Source: Octopus vulgaris (taxonomy: Eukaryota). Taken from it: a DNA stretch of 64,000 nucleotides. The stretch lies in the NCBI GenBank assembly GCA_951406725.2, contig OX597814.1, forward strand, positions 150,102,001 to 150,166,000. Direction: 5' to 3'. Within the stretch, counting starts at the first letter, position 1, and each line of letters starts with the position of its first letter. Of the stretch, positions 10,201-25,200 are shown in pieces. Under the pieces are notes generated by a model. That model saw only the letters and a list, made by a program, of their open reading frames with translations. It made no database searches and was not told where the DNA came from. Both the position numbers and the translations under genes were made by a program.

Positions 10201-13200
10201 GCATTGTCGATAAATAAACATTAGATAAATAGGTTTGAAAATCAGAAAAATCAGAGGGAATATCATTATTGATAGCTAATATAACACCGTAGCTGAGTAA
10301 AGAGGTTCTGTTAATCGTGAGCTAGCAAATGGGTTTGTATGAATCGGGAGACAATACTAAACGAAAAATTGAAAAATCAGAGTGGCTATGAACCTGGAGA
10401 CAAGTCTAAACGAAAAAAAAATGTTTGAGCTAGACAGGGTAATGAGGGAATACTGAAAGAATGAGGGACAATACAATGAGATGGAAATTGAAGAATAGAG
10501 AAAGAATAAGGATAAGTGCAAGAAAGAAGGTAGTCGTAGCGAGGTTGGACGATTCACTTAACTTTTAGCCATTCATGATCTGTGCGTATTCTTTAGATAT
10601 TTTGAAGCGAGTGGGGTTAACGATAAATGCGTTCGCTCCTTTATGTATGGCGATGATGGTTTTGGGGAGGGGGGGGCATAGAGGACCATGGCGATGATGG
10701 TTATGGGAAGGGGGGACATAGCGAGAGAGAGATAGGGTTAGTTAGAGAGAGAGGTCAAGGGACACGTGACAATAAGCGGTGTGAGGGAATTTGACTGGGG
10801 ACGGCATTGTCGATAAATAAACATTAGATAAATAGGTTTGAAAATCAGAAAAATCAGAGGGAATATCATTATTGATAGCTAATATAACACCGTAGCTGAG
10901 TAAAGAGGTTCTGTTAATCGTGAGCTAGCAAATGGGTTTGTATGAATCGGGAGACAATACTAAAAATTGAAAAATTGAAAAATCAGAGTGGCTATGAACC
11001 TGGAGACAAGTCTAAACGAAAAAAAAATGTTTGAGCTAGACAGGGTAATGAGGGAATACTGAAAGAATGAGGGACAATACAATGAGATGGAAATTGAAGA
11101 ATAGAGAAAGAATAAGGATAAGTGCAAGAAAGAAGGTAGTCGTAGCGAGGTTGGACGATTCACTTAACTTTTAGCCATTCATGATCTGTGCGTATTCTTT
11201 AGATATTTTGAAGCGAGTGGGGTTAACGATAAATGCGATCGCTCCTTTATGTATGGCGATGATGGTTTTGGGGAGGGGGGGCATAGAGGACCATGGCGAT
11301 GATGGTTATGGGAAGGGGGGACATAGCGAGAGAGAGATAGGGTTAGTTAGAGAGAGAGGTCAAGGGACACGTGACAATAAGCGGTGTGAGGGAATTTGAC
11401 TGGGGACGGCATTGTCGATAAATAAACATTAGATAAATAGGTTTGAAAATCAGAAAAATCAGAGGGAATATCATTATTGATAGCTAATATAACACCGTAG
11501 CTGAGTAAAGAGGTTCTGTTAATCGTGAGCTAGCAAATGGGTTTGTATGAATCGGGAGACAATACTAAACGAAAAATTGAAAAATCAGAGTGGCTATGAA
11601 CCTGGAGACAAGTCTAAACGAAAAAAAAATGTTTGAGCTAGACAGGGTAATGAGGGAATACTGAAAGAATGAGGGACAATACAATGAGATGGAAATTGAA
11701 GAATAGAGAAAGAATAAGGATAAGTGCAAGAAAGAAGGTAGTCGTAGCGAGGTTGGACGATTCACTTAACTTTTAGCCATTCATGATCTGTGCGTATTCT
11801 TTAGATATTTTGAAGCGAGTGGGGTTAACGATAAATGCGTTCGCTCCTTTATGTATGGCGATGATGGTTTTGGGGAGGGGGGGGCATAGAGGACCATGGC
11901 GATGATGGTTATGGGAAGGGGGGACATAGCGAGAGAGAGATAGGGTTAGTTAGAGAGAGAGGTCAAGGGACACGTGACAATAAGCGGTGTGAGGGAATTT
12001 GACTGGGGACGGCATTGTCGATAAATAAACATTAGATAAATAGGTTTGAAAATCAGAAAAATCAGAGGGAATATCATTATTGATAGCTAATATAACACCG
12101 TAGCTGAGTAAAGAGGTTCTGTTAATCGTGAGCTAGCAAATGGGTTTGTATGAATCGGGAGACAATACTAAACGAAAAATTGAAAAATCAGAGTGGCTAT
12201 GAACCTGGAGACAAGTCTAAACGAAAAAAAATGTTTGAGCTAGACAGGGTAATGAGGGAATACTGAAAGAATGAGGGACAATACAATGAGATGGAAATTG
12301 AAGAATAGAGAAAGAATAAGGATAAGTGCAAGAAAGAAGGTAGTCGTAGCGAGGTTGGACGATTCACTTAACTTTTAGCCATTCATGATCTGTGCGTATT
12401 CTTTAGATATTTTGAAGCGAGTGGGGTTAACGATAAATGCGTTCGCTCCTTTATGTATGGCGATGATGGTTTTGGGGAGGGGGGGGCATAGAGGACCATG
12501 GCGATGATGGTTATGGGAAGGGGGGACATAGCGAGAGAGAGATAGGGTTAGTTAGAGAGAGAGGTCAAGGGACACGTGACAATAAGCGGTGTGAGGGAAT
12601 TTGACTGGGGACGGCATTGTCGATAAATAAACATTAGATAAATAGGTTTGAAAATCAGAAAAATCAGAGGGAATATCATTATTGATAGCTAATATAACAC
12701 CGTAGCTGAGTAAAGAGGTTCTGTTAATCGTGAGCTAGCAAATGGGTTTGTATGAATCGGGAGACAATACTAAACGAAAAATTGAAAAAATTGAAAAATC
12801 AGAGTGGCTATGAACCTGGAGAGAAGTCTAAACGAAAAAAAATGTTTGAGCTAGACAGGGTAATGAGGGAATACTGAAAGAATGAGGGACAATACAATGA
12901 GATGGAAATTGAAGAATAGAGAAAGAATAAGGATAAGTGCAAGAAAGAAGGTAGTCGTAGCGAGGTTGGACGATTCACTTAACTTTTAGCCATTCATGAT
13001 CTGTGCGTATTCTTTAGATATTTTGAAGCGAGTGGGGTTAACGATAAATGCGATCGCTCCTTTATGTATGGCGATGATGGTTTTGGGGAGGGGGGGCATA
13101 GAGGACCATGGCGATGATGGTTATGGGAAGGGGGGACATAGCGAGAGAGAGATAGGGTTAGTTAGAGAGAGAGGTCAAGGGACACGTGACAATAAGCGGT

Positions 13201-16200
13201 GTGAGGGAATTTGACTGGGGACGGCATTGTCGATAAATAAACATTAGATAAATAGGTTTGAAAATCAGAAAAATCAGAGGGAATATCATTATTGATAGCT
13301 AATATAACACCGTAGCTGAGTAAAGAGGTTCTGTTAATCGTGAGCTAGCAAATGGGTTTGTATGAATCGGGAGACAATACTAAACGAAAAATTGAAAAAA
13401 AAATCAGAGTGGCTATGAACCTGGAGACAAGTCTAAACGAAAAAAAATGTTTGAGCTAGACAGGGTAATGAGGGAATACTGAAAGAATGAGGGACAATAC
13501 AATGAGATGGAAATTGAAGAATAGAGAAAGAATAAGGATAAGTGCAAGAAAGAAGGTAGTCGTAGCGAGGTTGGACGATTCACTTAACTTTTAGCCATTC
13601 ATGATCTGTGCGTATTCTTTAGATATTTTGAAGCGAGTGGGGTTAACGATAAATGCGTTCGCTCCTTTATGTATGGCGATGATGGTTTTGGGGAGGGGGG
13701 GGGCATAGAGGACCATGGCGATGATGGTTATGGGAAGGGGGGACATAGCGAGAGAGAGATAGGGTTAGTTAGAGAGAGAGGTCAAGGGACACGTGACAAT
13801 AAGCGGTGTGAGGGAATTTGACTGGGGACGGCATTGTCGATAAATAAACATTAGATAAATAGGTTTGAAAATCAGAAAAATCAGAGGGAATATCATTATT
13901 GATAGCTAATATAACACCGTAGCTGAGTAAAGAGGTTCTGTTAATCGTGAGCTAGCAAATGGGTTTGTATGAATCGGGAGACAATACTAAACGAAAAATT
14001 GAAAAATCAGAGTGGCTATGAACCTGGAGACAAGTCTAAACGAAAAAAAATGTTTGAGCTAGACAGGGTAATGAGGGAATACTGAAAGAATGAGGGACAA
14101 TACAATGAGATGGAAATTGAAGAATAGAGAAAGAATAAGGATAAGTGCAAGAAAGAAGGTAGTCGTAGCGAGGTTGGACGATTCACTTAACTTTTAGCCA
14201 TTCATGATCTGTGCGTATTCTTTAGATATTTTGAAGCGAGTGGGGTTAACGATAAATGCGTTCGCTCCTTTATGTATGGCGATGATGGTTTTGGGGAGGG
14301 GGGGGCATAGAGGACCATGGCGATGATGGTTATGGGAAGGGGGGACATAGCGAGAGAGAGATAGGGTTAGTTAGAGAGAGAGGTCAAGGGACACGTGACA
14401 ATAAGCGGTGTGAGGGAATTTGACTGGGGACGGCATTGTCGATAAATAAACATTAGATAAATAGGTTTGAAAATCAGAAAAATCAGAGGGAATATCATTA
14501 TTGATAGCTAATATAACACCGTAGCTGAGTAAAGAGGTTCTGTTAATCGTGAGCTAGCAAATGGGTTTGTATGAATCGGGAGACAATACTAAACGAAAAA
14601 TTGAAAAATCAGAGTGGCTATGAACCTGGAGACAAGTCTAAACGAAAAAAAAATGTTTGAGCTAGACAGGGTAATGAGGGAATACTGAAAGAATGAGGGA
14701 CAATACAATGAGATGGAAATTGAAGAATAGAGAAAGAATAAGGATAAGTGCAAGAAAGAAGGTAGTCGTAGCGAGGTTGGACGATTCACTTAACTTTTAG
14801 CCATTCATGATCTGTGCGTATTCTTTAGATATTTTGAAGCGAGTGGGGTTAACGATAAATGCGTTCGCTCCTTTATGTATGGCGATGATGGTTTTGGGGA
14901 GGGGGGGGCATAGAGGACCATGGCGATGATGGTTATGGGAAGGGGGGACATAGCGAGAGAGAGATAGGGTTAGTTAGAGAGAGAGGTCAAGGGACACGTG
15001 ACAATAAGCGGTGTGAGGGAATTTGACTGGGGACGGCATTGTCGATAAATAAACATTAGATAAATAGGTTTGAAAATCAGAAAAATCAGAGGGAATATCA
15101 TTATTGATAGCTAATATAACACCGTAGCTGAGTAAAGAGGTTCTGTTAATCGTGAGCTAGCAAATGGGTTTGTATGAATCGGGAGACAATACTAAACGAA
15201 AAATTGAAAAATCAGAGTGGCTATGAACCTGGAGACAAGTCTAAACGAAAAAAAAAATGTTTGAGCTAGACAGGGTAATGAGGGAATACTGAAAGAATGA
15301 GGGACAATACAATGAGATGGAAATTGAAGAATAGAGAAAGAATAAGGATAAGTGCAAGAAAGAAGGTAGTCGTAGCGAGGTTGGACGATTCACTTAACTT
15401 TTAGCCATTCATGATCTGTGCGTATTCTTTAGATATTTTGAAGCGAGTGGGGTTAACGATAAATGCGTTCGCTCCTTTATGTATGGCGATGATGGTTTTG
15501 GGGAGGGGGGGGCATAGAGGACCATGGCGATGATGGTTATGGGAAGGGGGACATAGCGAGAGAGAGATAGGGTTAGTTAGAGAGAGAGGTCAAGGGACAC
15601 GTGACAATAAGCGGTGTGAGGGAATTTGACTGGGGACGGCATTGTCGATAAATAAACATTAGATAAATAGGTTTGAAAATCAGAAAAATCAGAGGGAATA
15701 TCATTATTGATAGCTAATATAACACCGTAGCTGAGTAAAGAGGTTCTGTTAATCGTGAGCTAGCAAATGGGTTTGTATGAATCGGGAGACAATACTAAAC
15801 GAAAAAAATTGAAAAATCAGAGTGGCTATGAACCTGGAGACAAGTCTAAACGAAAAAAAAATGTTTGAGCTAGACAGGGTAATGAGGGAATACTGAAAGA
15901 ATGAGGGACAATACAATGAGATGGAAATTGAAGAATAGAGAAAGAATAAGGATAAGTGCAAGAAAGAAGGTAGTCGTAGCGAGGTTGGACGATTCACTTA
16001 ACTTTTAGCCATTCATGATCTGTGCGTATTCTTTAGATATTTTGAAGCGAGTGGGGTTAACGATAAATGCGTTCGCTCCTTTATGTATGGCGATGATGGT
16101 TTTGGGGAGGGGGGGGCATAGAGGACCATGGCGATGATGGTTATGGGAAGGGGGGACATAGCGAGAGAGAGATAGGGTTAGTTAGAGAGAGAGGTCAAGG

Positions 16201-19200
16201 GACACGTGACAATAAGCGGTGTGAGGGAATTTGACTGGGGACGGCATTGTCGATAAATAAACATTAGATAAATAGGTTTGAAAATCAGAAAAATCAGAGG
16301 GAATATCATTATTGATAGCTAATATAACACCGTAGCTGAGTAAAGAGGTTCTGTTAATCGTGAGCTAGCAAATGGGTTTGTATGAATCGGGAGACAATAC
16401 TAAACGAAAAATTGAAAAATCAGAGTGGCTATGAACCTGGAGACAAGTCTAAACGAAAAAAAATGTTTGAGCTAGACAGGGTAATGAGGGAATACTGAAA
16501 GAATGAGGGACAATACAATGAGATGGAAATTGAAGAATAGAGAAAGAATAAGGATAAGTGCAAGAAAGAAGGTAGTCGTAGCGAGGTTGGACGATTCACT
16601 TAACTTTTAGCCATTCATGATCTGTGCGTATTCTTTAGATATTTTGAAGCGAGTGGGGTTAACGATAAATGCGATCGCTCCTTTATGTATGGCGATGATG
16701 GTTTTGGGGAGGGGGGGGCATAGAGGACCATGGCGATGATGGTTATGGGAAGGGGGGACATAGCGAGAGAGAGATAGGGTTAGTTAGAGAGAGAGGTCAA
16801 GGGACACGTGACAATAAGCGGTGTGAGGGAATTTGACTGGGGACGGCATTGTCGATAAATAAACATTAGATAAATAGGTTTGAAAATCAGAAAAATCAGA
16901 GGGAATATCATTATTGATAGCTAATATAACACCGTAGCTGAGTAAAGAGGTTCTGTTAATCGTGAGCTAGCAAATGGGTTTGTATGAATCGGGAGACAAT
17001 ACTAAACGAAAAATTGAAAAATCAGAGTGGCTATGAACCTGGAGACAAGTCTAAACGAAAAAAAATGTTTGAGCTAGACAGGGTAATGAGGGAATACTGA
17101 AAGAATGAGGGACAATACAATGAGATGGAAATTGAAGAATAGAGAAAGAATAAGGATAAGTGCAAGAAAGAAGGTAGTCGTAGCGAGGTTGGACGATTCA
17201 CTTAACTTTTAGCCATTCATGATCTGTGCGTATTCTTTAGATATTTTGAAGCGAGTGGGGTTAACGATAAATGCGTTCGCTCCTTTATGTATGGCGATGA
17301 TGGTTTTGGGGAGGGGGGGCATAGAGGACCATGGCGATGATGGTTATGGGAAGGGGGGACATAGCGAGAGAGAGATAGGGTTAGTTAGAGAGAGAGGTCA
17401 AGGGACACGTGACAATAAGCGGTGTGAGGGAATTTGACTGGGGACGGCATTGTCGATAAATAAACATTAGATAAATAGGTTTGAAAATCAGAAAAATCAG
17501 AGGGAATATCATTATTGATAGCTAATATAACACCGTAGCTGAGTAAAGAGGTTCTGTTAATCGTGAGCTAGCAAATGGGTTTGTATGAATCGGGAGACAA
17601 TACTAAACGAAAAATTGAAAAATCAGAGTGGCTATGAACCTGGAGACAAGTCTAAACGAAAAAAAATGTTTGAGCTAGACAGGGTAATGAGGGAATACTG
17701 AAAGAATGAGGGACAATACAATGAGATGGAAATTGAAGAATAGAGAAAGAATAAGGATAAGTGCAAGAAAGAAGGTAGTCGTAGCGAGGTTGGACGATTC
17801 ACTTAACTTTTAGCCATTCATGATCTGTGCGTATTCTTTAGATATTTTGAAGCGAGTGGGGTTAACGATAAATGCGTTCGCTCCTTTATGTATGGCGATG
17901 ATGGTTTTGGGGAGGGGGGGGGGCATAGAGGACCATGGCGATGATGGTTATGGGAAGGGGGGACATAGCGAGAGAGAGATAGGGTTAGTTAGAGAGAGAG
18001 GTCAAGGGACACGTGACAATAAGCGGTGTGAGGGAATTTGACTGGGGACGGCATTGTCGATAAATAAACATTAGATAAATAGGTTTGAAAATCAGAAAAA
18101 TCAGAGGGAATATCATTATTGATAGCTAATATAACACCGTAGCTGAGTAAAGAGGTTCTGTTAATCGTGAGCTAGCAAATGGGTTTGTATGAATCGGGAG
18201 ACAATACTAAACGAAAAATTGAAAAATCAGAGTGGCTATGAACCTGGAGACAAGTCTAAACGAAAAAAAATGTTTGAGCTAGACAGGGTAATGAGGGAAT
18301 ACTGAAAGAATGAGGGACAATACAATGAGATGGAAATTGAAGAATAGAGAAAGAATAAGGATAAGTGCAAGAAAGAAGGTAGTCGTAGCGAGGTTGGACG
18401 ATTCACTTAACTTTTAGCCATTCATGATCTGTGCGTATTCTTTAGATATTTTGAAGCGAGTGGGGTTAACGATAAATGCGTTCGCTCCTTTATGTATGGC
18501 GATGATGGTTTTGGGGAGGGGGGGGGCATAGAGGACCATGGCGATGATGGTTATGGGAAGGGGGGACATAGCGAGAGAGAGATAGGGTTAGTTAGAGAGA
18601 GAGGTCAAGGGACACGTGACAATAAGCGGTGTGAGGGAATTTGACTGGGGACGGCATTGTCGATAAATAAACATTAGATAAATAGGTTTGAAAATCAGAA
18701 AAATCAGAGGGAATATCATTATTGATAGCTAATATAACACCGTAGCTGAGTAAAGAGGTTCTGTTAATCGTGAGCTAGCAAATGGGTTTGTATGAATCGG
18801 GAGACAATACTAAACGAAAAATTGAAAAATCAGAGTGGCTATGAACCTGGAGACAAGTCTAAACGAAAAAAAATGTTTGAGCTAGACAGGGTAATGAGGG
18901 AATACTGAAAGAATGAGGGACAATACAATGAGATGGAAATTGAAGAATAGAGAAAGAATAAGGATAAGTGCAAGAAAGAAGGTAGTCGTAGCGAGGTTGG
19001 ACGATTCACTTAACTTTTAGCCATTCATGATCTGTGCGTATTCTTTAGATATTTTGAAGCGAGTGGGGTTAACGATAAATGCGTTCGCTCCTTTATGTAT
19101 GGCGATGATGGTTTTGGGGAGGGGGGGGCATAGAGGACCATGGCGATGATGGTTATGGGAAGGGGGGACATAGCGAGAGAGAGATAGGGTTAGTTAGAGA

Positions 19201-22200
19201 GAGAGGTCAAGGGACACGTGACAATAAGCGGTGTGAGGGAATTTGACTGGGGACGGCATTGTCGATAAATAAACATTAGATAAATAGGTTTGAAAATCAG
19301 AAAAATCAGAGGGAATATCATTATTGATAGCTAATATAACACCGTAGCTGAGTAAAGAGGTTCTGTTAATCGTGAGCTAGCAAATGGGTTTGTATGAATC
19401 GGGAGACAATACTAAACGAAAAATTGAAAAATCAGAGTGGCTATGAACCTGGAGACAAGTCTAAACGAAAAAAAATGTTTGAGCTAGACAGGGTAATGAG
19501 GGAATACTGAAAGAATGAGGGACAATACAATGAGATGGAAATTGAAGAATAGAGAAAGAATAAGGATAAGTGCAAGAAAGAAGGTAGTCGTAGCGAGGTT
19601 GGACGATTCACTTAACTTTTAGCCATTCATGATCTGTGCGTATTCTTTAGATATTTTGAAGCGAGTGGGGTTAACGATAAATGCGTTCGCTCCTTTATGT
19701 ATGGCGATGATGGTTTTGGGGAGGGGGGGCATAGAGGACCATGGCGATGATGGTTATGGGAAGGGGGGACATAGCGAGAGAGAGATAGGGTTAGTTAGAG
19801 AGAGAGGTCAAGGGACACGTGACAATAAGCGGTGTGAGGGAATTTGACTGGGGACGGCATTGTCGATAAATAAACATTAGATAAATAGGTTTGAAAATCA
19901 GAAAAATCAGAGGGAATATCATTATTGATAGCTAATATAACACCGTAGCTGAGTAAAGAGGTTCTGTTAATCGTGAGCTAGCAAATGGGTTTGTATGAAT
20001 CGGGAGACAATACTAAACGAAAAATTGAAAAATCAGAGTGGCTATGAACCTGGAGACAAGTCTAAACGAAAAAAAATGTTTGAGCTAGACAGGGTAATGA
20101 GGGAATACTGAAAGAATGAGGGACAATACAATGAGATGGAAATTGAAGAATAGAGAAAGAATAAGGATAAGTGCAAGAAAGAAGGTAGTCGTAGCGAGGT
20201 TGGACGATTCACTTAACTTTTAGCCATTCATGATCTGTGCGTATTCTTTAGATATTTTGAAGCGAGTGGGGTTAACGATAAATGCGTTCGCTCCTTTATG
20301 TATGGCGATGATGGTTTTGGGGAGGGGGGGGGGCATAGAGGACCATGGCGATGATGGTTATGGGAAGGGGGGACATAGCGAGAGAGAGATAGGGTTAGTT
20401 AGAGAGAGAGGTCAAGGGACACGTGACAATAAGCGGTGTGAGGGAATTTGACTGGGGACGGCATTGTCGATAAATAAACATTAGATAAATAGGTTTGAAA
20501 ATCAGAAAAATCAGAGGGAATATCATTATTGATAGCTAATATAACACCGTAGCTGAGTAAAGAGGTTCTGTTAATCGTGAGCTAGCAAATGGGTTTGTAT
20601 GAATCGGGAGACAATACTAAACGAAAAATTGAAAAAAAATCAGAGTGGCTATGAACCTGGAGACAAGTCTAAACGAAAAAAAATGTTTGAGCTAGACAGG
20701 GTAATGAGGGAATACTGAAAGAATGAGGGACAATACAATGAGATGGAAATTGAAGAATAGAGAAAGAATAAGGATAAGTGCAAGAAAGAAGGTAGTCGTA
20801 GCGAGGTTGGACGATTCACTTAACTTTTAGCCATTCATGATCTGTGCGTATTCTTTAGATATTTTGAAGCGAGTGGGGTTAACGATAAATGCGATCGCTC
20901 CTTTATGTATGGCGATGATGGTTTTGGGGAGGGGGGCATAGAGGACCATGGCGATGATGGTTATGGGAAGGGGGGACATAGCGAGAGAGAGATAGGGTTA
21001 GTTAGAGAGAGAGGTCAAGGGACACGTGACAATAAGCGGTGTGAGGGAATTTGACTGGGGACGGCATTGTCGATAAATAAACATTAGATAAATAGGTTTG
21101 AAAATCAGAAAAATCAGAGGGAATATCATTATTGATAGCTAATATAACACCGTAGCTGAGTAAAGAGGTTCTGTTAATCGTGAGCTAGCAAATGGGTTTG
21201 TATGAATCGGGAGACAATACTAAACGAAAAATTGAAAAATCAGAGTGGCTATGAACCTGGAGACAAGTCTAAACGAAAAAAAATGTTTGAGCTAGACAGG
21301 GTAATGAGGGAATACTGAAAGAATGAGGGACAATACAATGAGATGGAAATTGAAGAATAGAGAAAGAATAAGGATAAGTGCAAGAAAGAAGGTAGTCGTA
21401 GCGAGGTTGGACGATTCACTTAACTTTTAGCCATTCATGATCTGTGCGTATTCTTTAGATATTTTGAAGCGAGTGGGGTTAACGATAAATGCGTTCGCTC
21501 CTTTATGTATGGCGATGATGGTTTTGGGGAGGGGGGGGGCATAGAGGACCATGGCGATGATGGTTATGGGAAGGGGGGACATAGCGAGAGAGAGATAGGG
21601 TTAGTTAGAGAGAGAGGTCAAGGGACACGTGACAATAAGCGGTGTGAGGGAATTTGACTGGGGACGGCATTGTCGATAAATAAACATTAGATAAATAGGT
21701 TTGAAAATCAGAAAAATCAGAGGGAATATCATTATTGATAGCTAATATAACACCGTAGCTGAGTAAAGAGGTTCTGTTAATCGTGAGCTAGCAAATGGGT
21801 TTGTATGAATCGGGAGACAATACTAAACGAAAAATTGAAAAATCAGAGTGGCTATGAACCTGGAGACAAGTCTAAACGAAAAAAAATGTTTGAGCTAGAC
21901 AGGGTAATGAGGGAATACTGAAAGAATGAGGGACAATACAATGAGATGGAAATTGAAGAATAGAGAAAGAATAAGGATAAGTGCAAGAAAGAAGGTAGTC
22001 GTAGCGAGGTTGGACGATTCACTTAACTTTTAGCCATTCATGATCTGTGCGTATTCTTTAGATATTTTGAAGCGAGTGGGGTTAACGATAAATGCGTTCG
22101 CTCCTTTATGTATGGCGATGATGGTTTTGGGGAGGGGGGGCATAGAGGACCATGGCGATGATGGTTATGGGAAGGGGGGACATAGCGAGAGAGAGATAGG

Positions 22201-25200
22201 GTTAGTTAGAGAGAGAGGTCAAGGGACACGTGACAATAAGCGGTGTGAGGGAATTTGACTGGGGACGGCATTGTCGATAAATAAACATTAGATAAATAGG
22301 TTTGAAAATCAGAAAAATCAGAGGGAATATCATTATTGATAGCTAATATAACACCGTAGCTGAGTAAAGAGGTTCTGTTAATCGTGAGCTAGCAAATGGG
22401 TTTGTATGAATCGGGAGACAATACTAAACGAAAAATTGAAAAATCAGAGTGGCTATGAACCTGGAGACAAGTCTAAACGAAAAAAAAATGTTTGAGCTAG
22501 ACAGGGTAATGAGGGAATACTGAAAGAATGAGGGACAATACAATGAGATGGAAATTGAAGAATAGAGAAAGAATAAGGATAAGTGCAAGAAAGAAGGTAG
22601 TCGTAGCGAGGTTGGACGATTCACTTAACTTTTAGCCATTCATGATCTGTGCGTATTCTTTAGATATTTTGAAGCGAGTGGGGTTAACGATAAATGCGTT
22701 CGCTCCTTTATGTATGGCGATGATGGTTTTGGGGAGGGGGGGGCATAGAGGACCATGGCGATGATGGTTATGGGAAGGGGGGACATAGCGAGAGAGAGAT
22801 AGGGTTAGTTAGAGAGAGAGGTCAAGGGACACGTGACAATAAGCGGTGTGAGGGAATTTGACTGGGGACGGCATTGTCGATAAATAAACATTAGATAAAT
22901 AGGTTTGAAAATCAGAAAAATCAGAGGGAATATCATTATTGATAGCTAATATAACACCGTAGCTGAGTAAAGAGGTTCTGTTAATCGTGAGCTAGCAAAT
23001 GGGTTTGTATGAATCGGGAGACAATACTAAACGAAAAATTGAAAAATCAGAGTGGCTATGAACCTGGAGACAAGTCTAAACGAAAAAAAATGTTTGAGCT
23101 AGACAGGGTAATGAGGGAATACTGAAAGAATGAGGGACAATACAATGAGATGGAAATTGAAGAATAGAGAAAGAATAAGGATAAGTGCAAGAAAGAAGGT
23201 AGTCGTAGCGAGGTTGGACGATTCACTTAACTTTTAGCCATTCATGATCTGTGCGTATTCTTTAGATATTTTGAAGCGAGTGGGGTTAACGATAAATGCG
23301 TTCGCTCCTTTATGTATGGCGATGATGGTTTTGGGGAGGGGGGGGCATAGAGGACCATGGCGATGATGGTTATGGGAAGGGGGACATAGCGAGAGAGAGA
23401 TAGGGTTAGTTAGAGAGAGAGGTCAAGGGACACGTGACAATAAGCGGTGTGAGGGAATTTGACTGGGGACGGCATTGTCGATAAATAAACATTAGATAAA
23501 TAGGTTTGAAAATCAGAAAAATCAGAGGGAATATCATTATTGATAGCTAATATAACACCGTAGCTGAGTAAAGAGGTTCTGTTAATCGTGAGCTAGCAAA
23601 TGGGTTTGTATGAATCGGGAGACAATACTAAACGAAAAATTGAAAAATCAGAGTGGCTATGAACCTGGAGACAAGTCTAAACGAAAAAAAATGTTTGAGC
23701 TAGACAGGGTAATGAGGGAATACTGAAAGAATGAGGGACAATACAATGAGATGGAAATTGAAGAATAGAGAAAGAATAAGGATAAGTGCAAGAAAGAAGG
23801 TAGTCGTAGCGAGGTTGGACGATTCACTTAACTTTTAGCCATTCATGATCTGTGCGTATTCTTTAGATATTTTGAAGCGAGTGGGGTTAACGATAAATGC
23901 GATCGCTCCTTTATGTATGGCGATGATGGTTTTGGGGAGGGGGGCATAGAGGACCATGGCGATGATGGTTATGGGAAGGGGGGGACATAGCGAGAGAGAG
24001 ATAGGGTTAGTTAGAGAGAGAGGTCAAGGGACACGTGACAATAAGCGGTGTGAGGGAATTTGACTGGGGACGGCATTGTCGATAAATAAACATTAGATAA
24101 ATAGGTTTGAAAATCAGAAAAATCAGAGGGAATATCATTATTGATAGCTAATATAACACCGTAGCTGAGTAAAGAGGTTCTGTTAATCGTGAGCTAGCAA
24201 ATGGGTTTGTATGAATCGGGTGACAATACTAAACGAAAAATTGAAAAATCAGAGTGGCTATGAACCTGGAGACAAGTCTAAACGAAAAAAAATGTTTGAG
24301 CTAGACAGGGTAATGAGGGAATACTGAAAGAATGAGGGACAATACAATGAGATGGAAATTGAAGAATAGAGAAAGAATAAGGATAAGTGCAAGAAAGAAG
24401 GTAGTCGTAGCGAGGTCGGACGATTCACTTAACTTTTAGCCATTCATGATCTGTGCGTATTCTTTAGATATTTTGAAGCGAGTGGGGTTAACGATAAATG
24501 CGTTCGCTCCTTTATGTATGGCGATGATGGTTTTGGGGAGGGGGGGCATAGAGGACCATGGCGATGATGGTTATGGGAAGGGGGGACATAGCGAGAGAGA
24601 GATAGGGTTAGTTAGAGAGAGAGGTCAAGGGACACGTGACAATAAGCGGTGTGAGGGAATTTGACTGGGGACGGCATTGTCGATAAATAAACATTAGATA
24701 AATAGGTTTGAAAATCAGAAAAATCAGAGGGAATATCATTATTGATAGCTAATATAACACCGTAGCTGAGTAAAGAGGTTCTGTTAATCGTGAGCTAGCA
24801 AATGGGTTTGTATGAATCGGGAGACAATACTAAACGAAAAATTGAAAAATCAGAGTGGCTATGAACCTGGAGACAAGTCTAAACGAAAAAAAATGTTTGA
24901 GCTAGACAGGGTAATGAGGGAATACTGAAAGAATGAGGGACAATACAATGAGATGGAAATTGAAGAATAGAGAAAGAATAAGGATAAGTGCAAGAAAGAA
25001 GGTAGTCGTAGCGAGGTTGGACGATTCACTTAACTTTTAGCCATTCATGATCTGTGCGTATTCTTTAGATATTTTGAAGCGAGTGGGGTTAACGATAAAT
25101 GCGATCGCTCCTTTATGTATGGCGATGATGGTTTTGGGGAGGGGGGGCATAGAGGACCATGGCGATGATGGTTATGGGAAGGGGGGACATAGCGAGAGAG

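Noticed and set aside
16930-21147. Four-unit higher-order repeat (units 17-18 and 21-22 share G-run lengths)
   Set aside because: Units 16/20 and 19/23 disagree at the T/A variant, and homopolymer lengths are error-prone.
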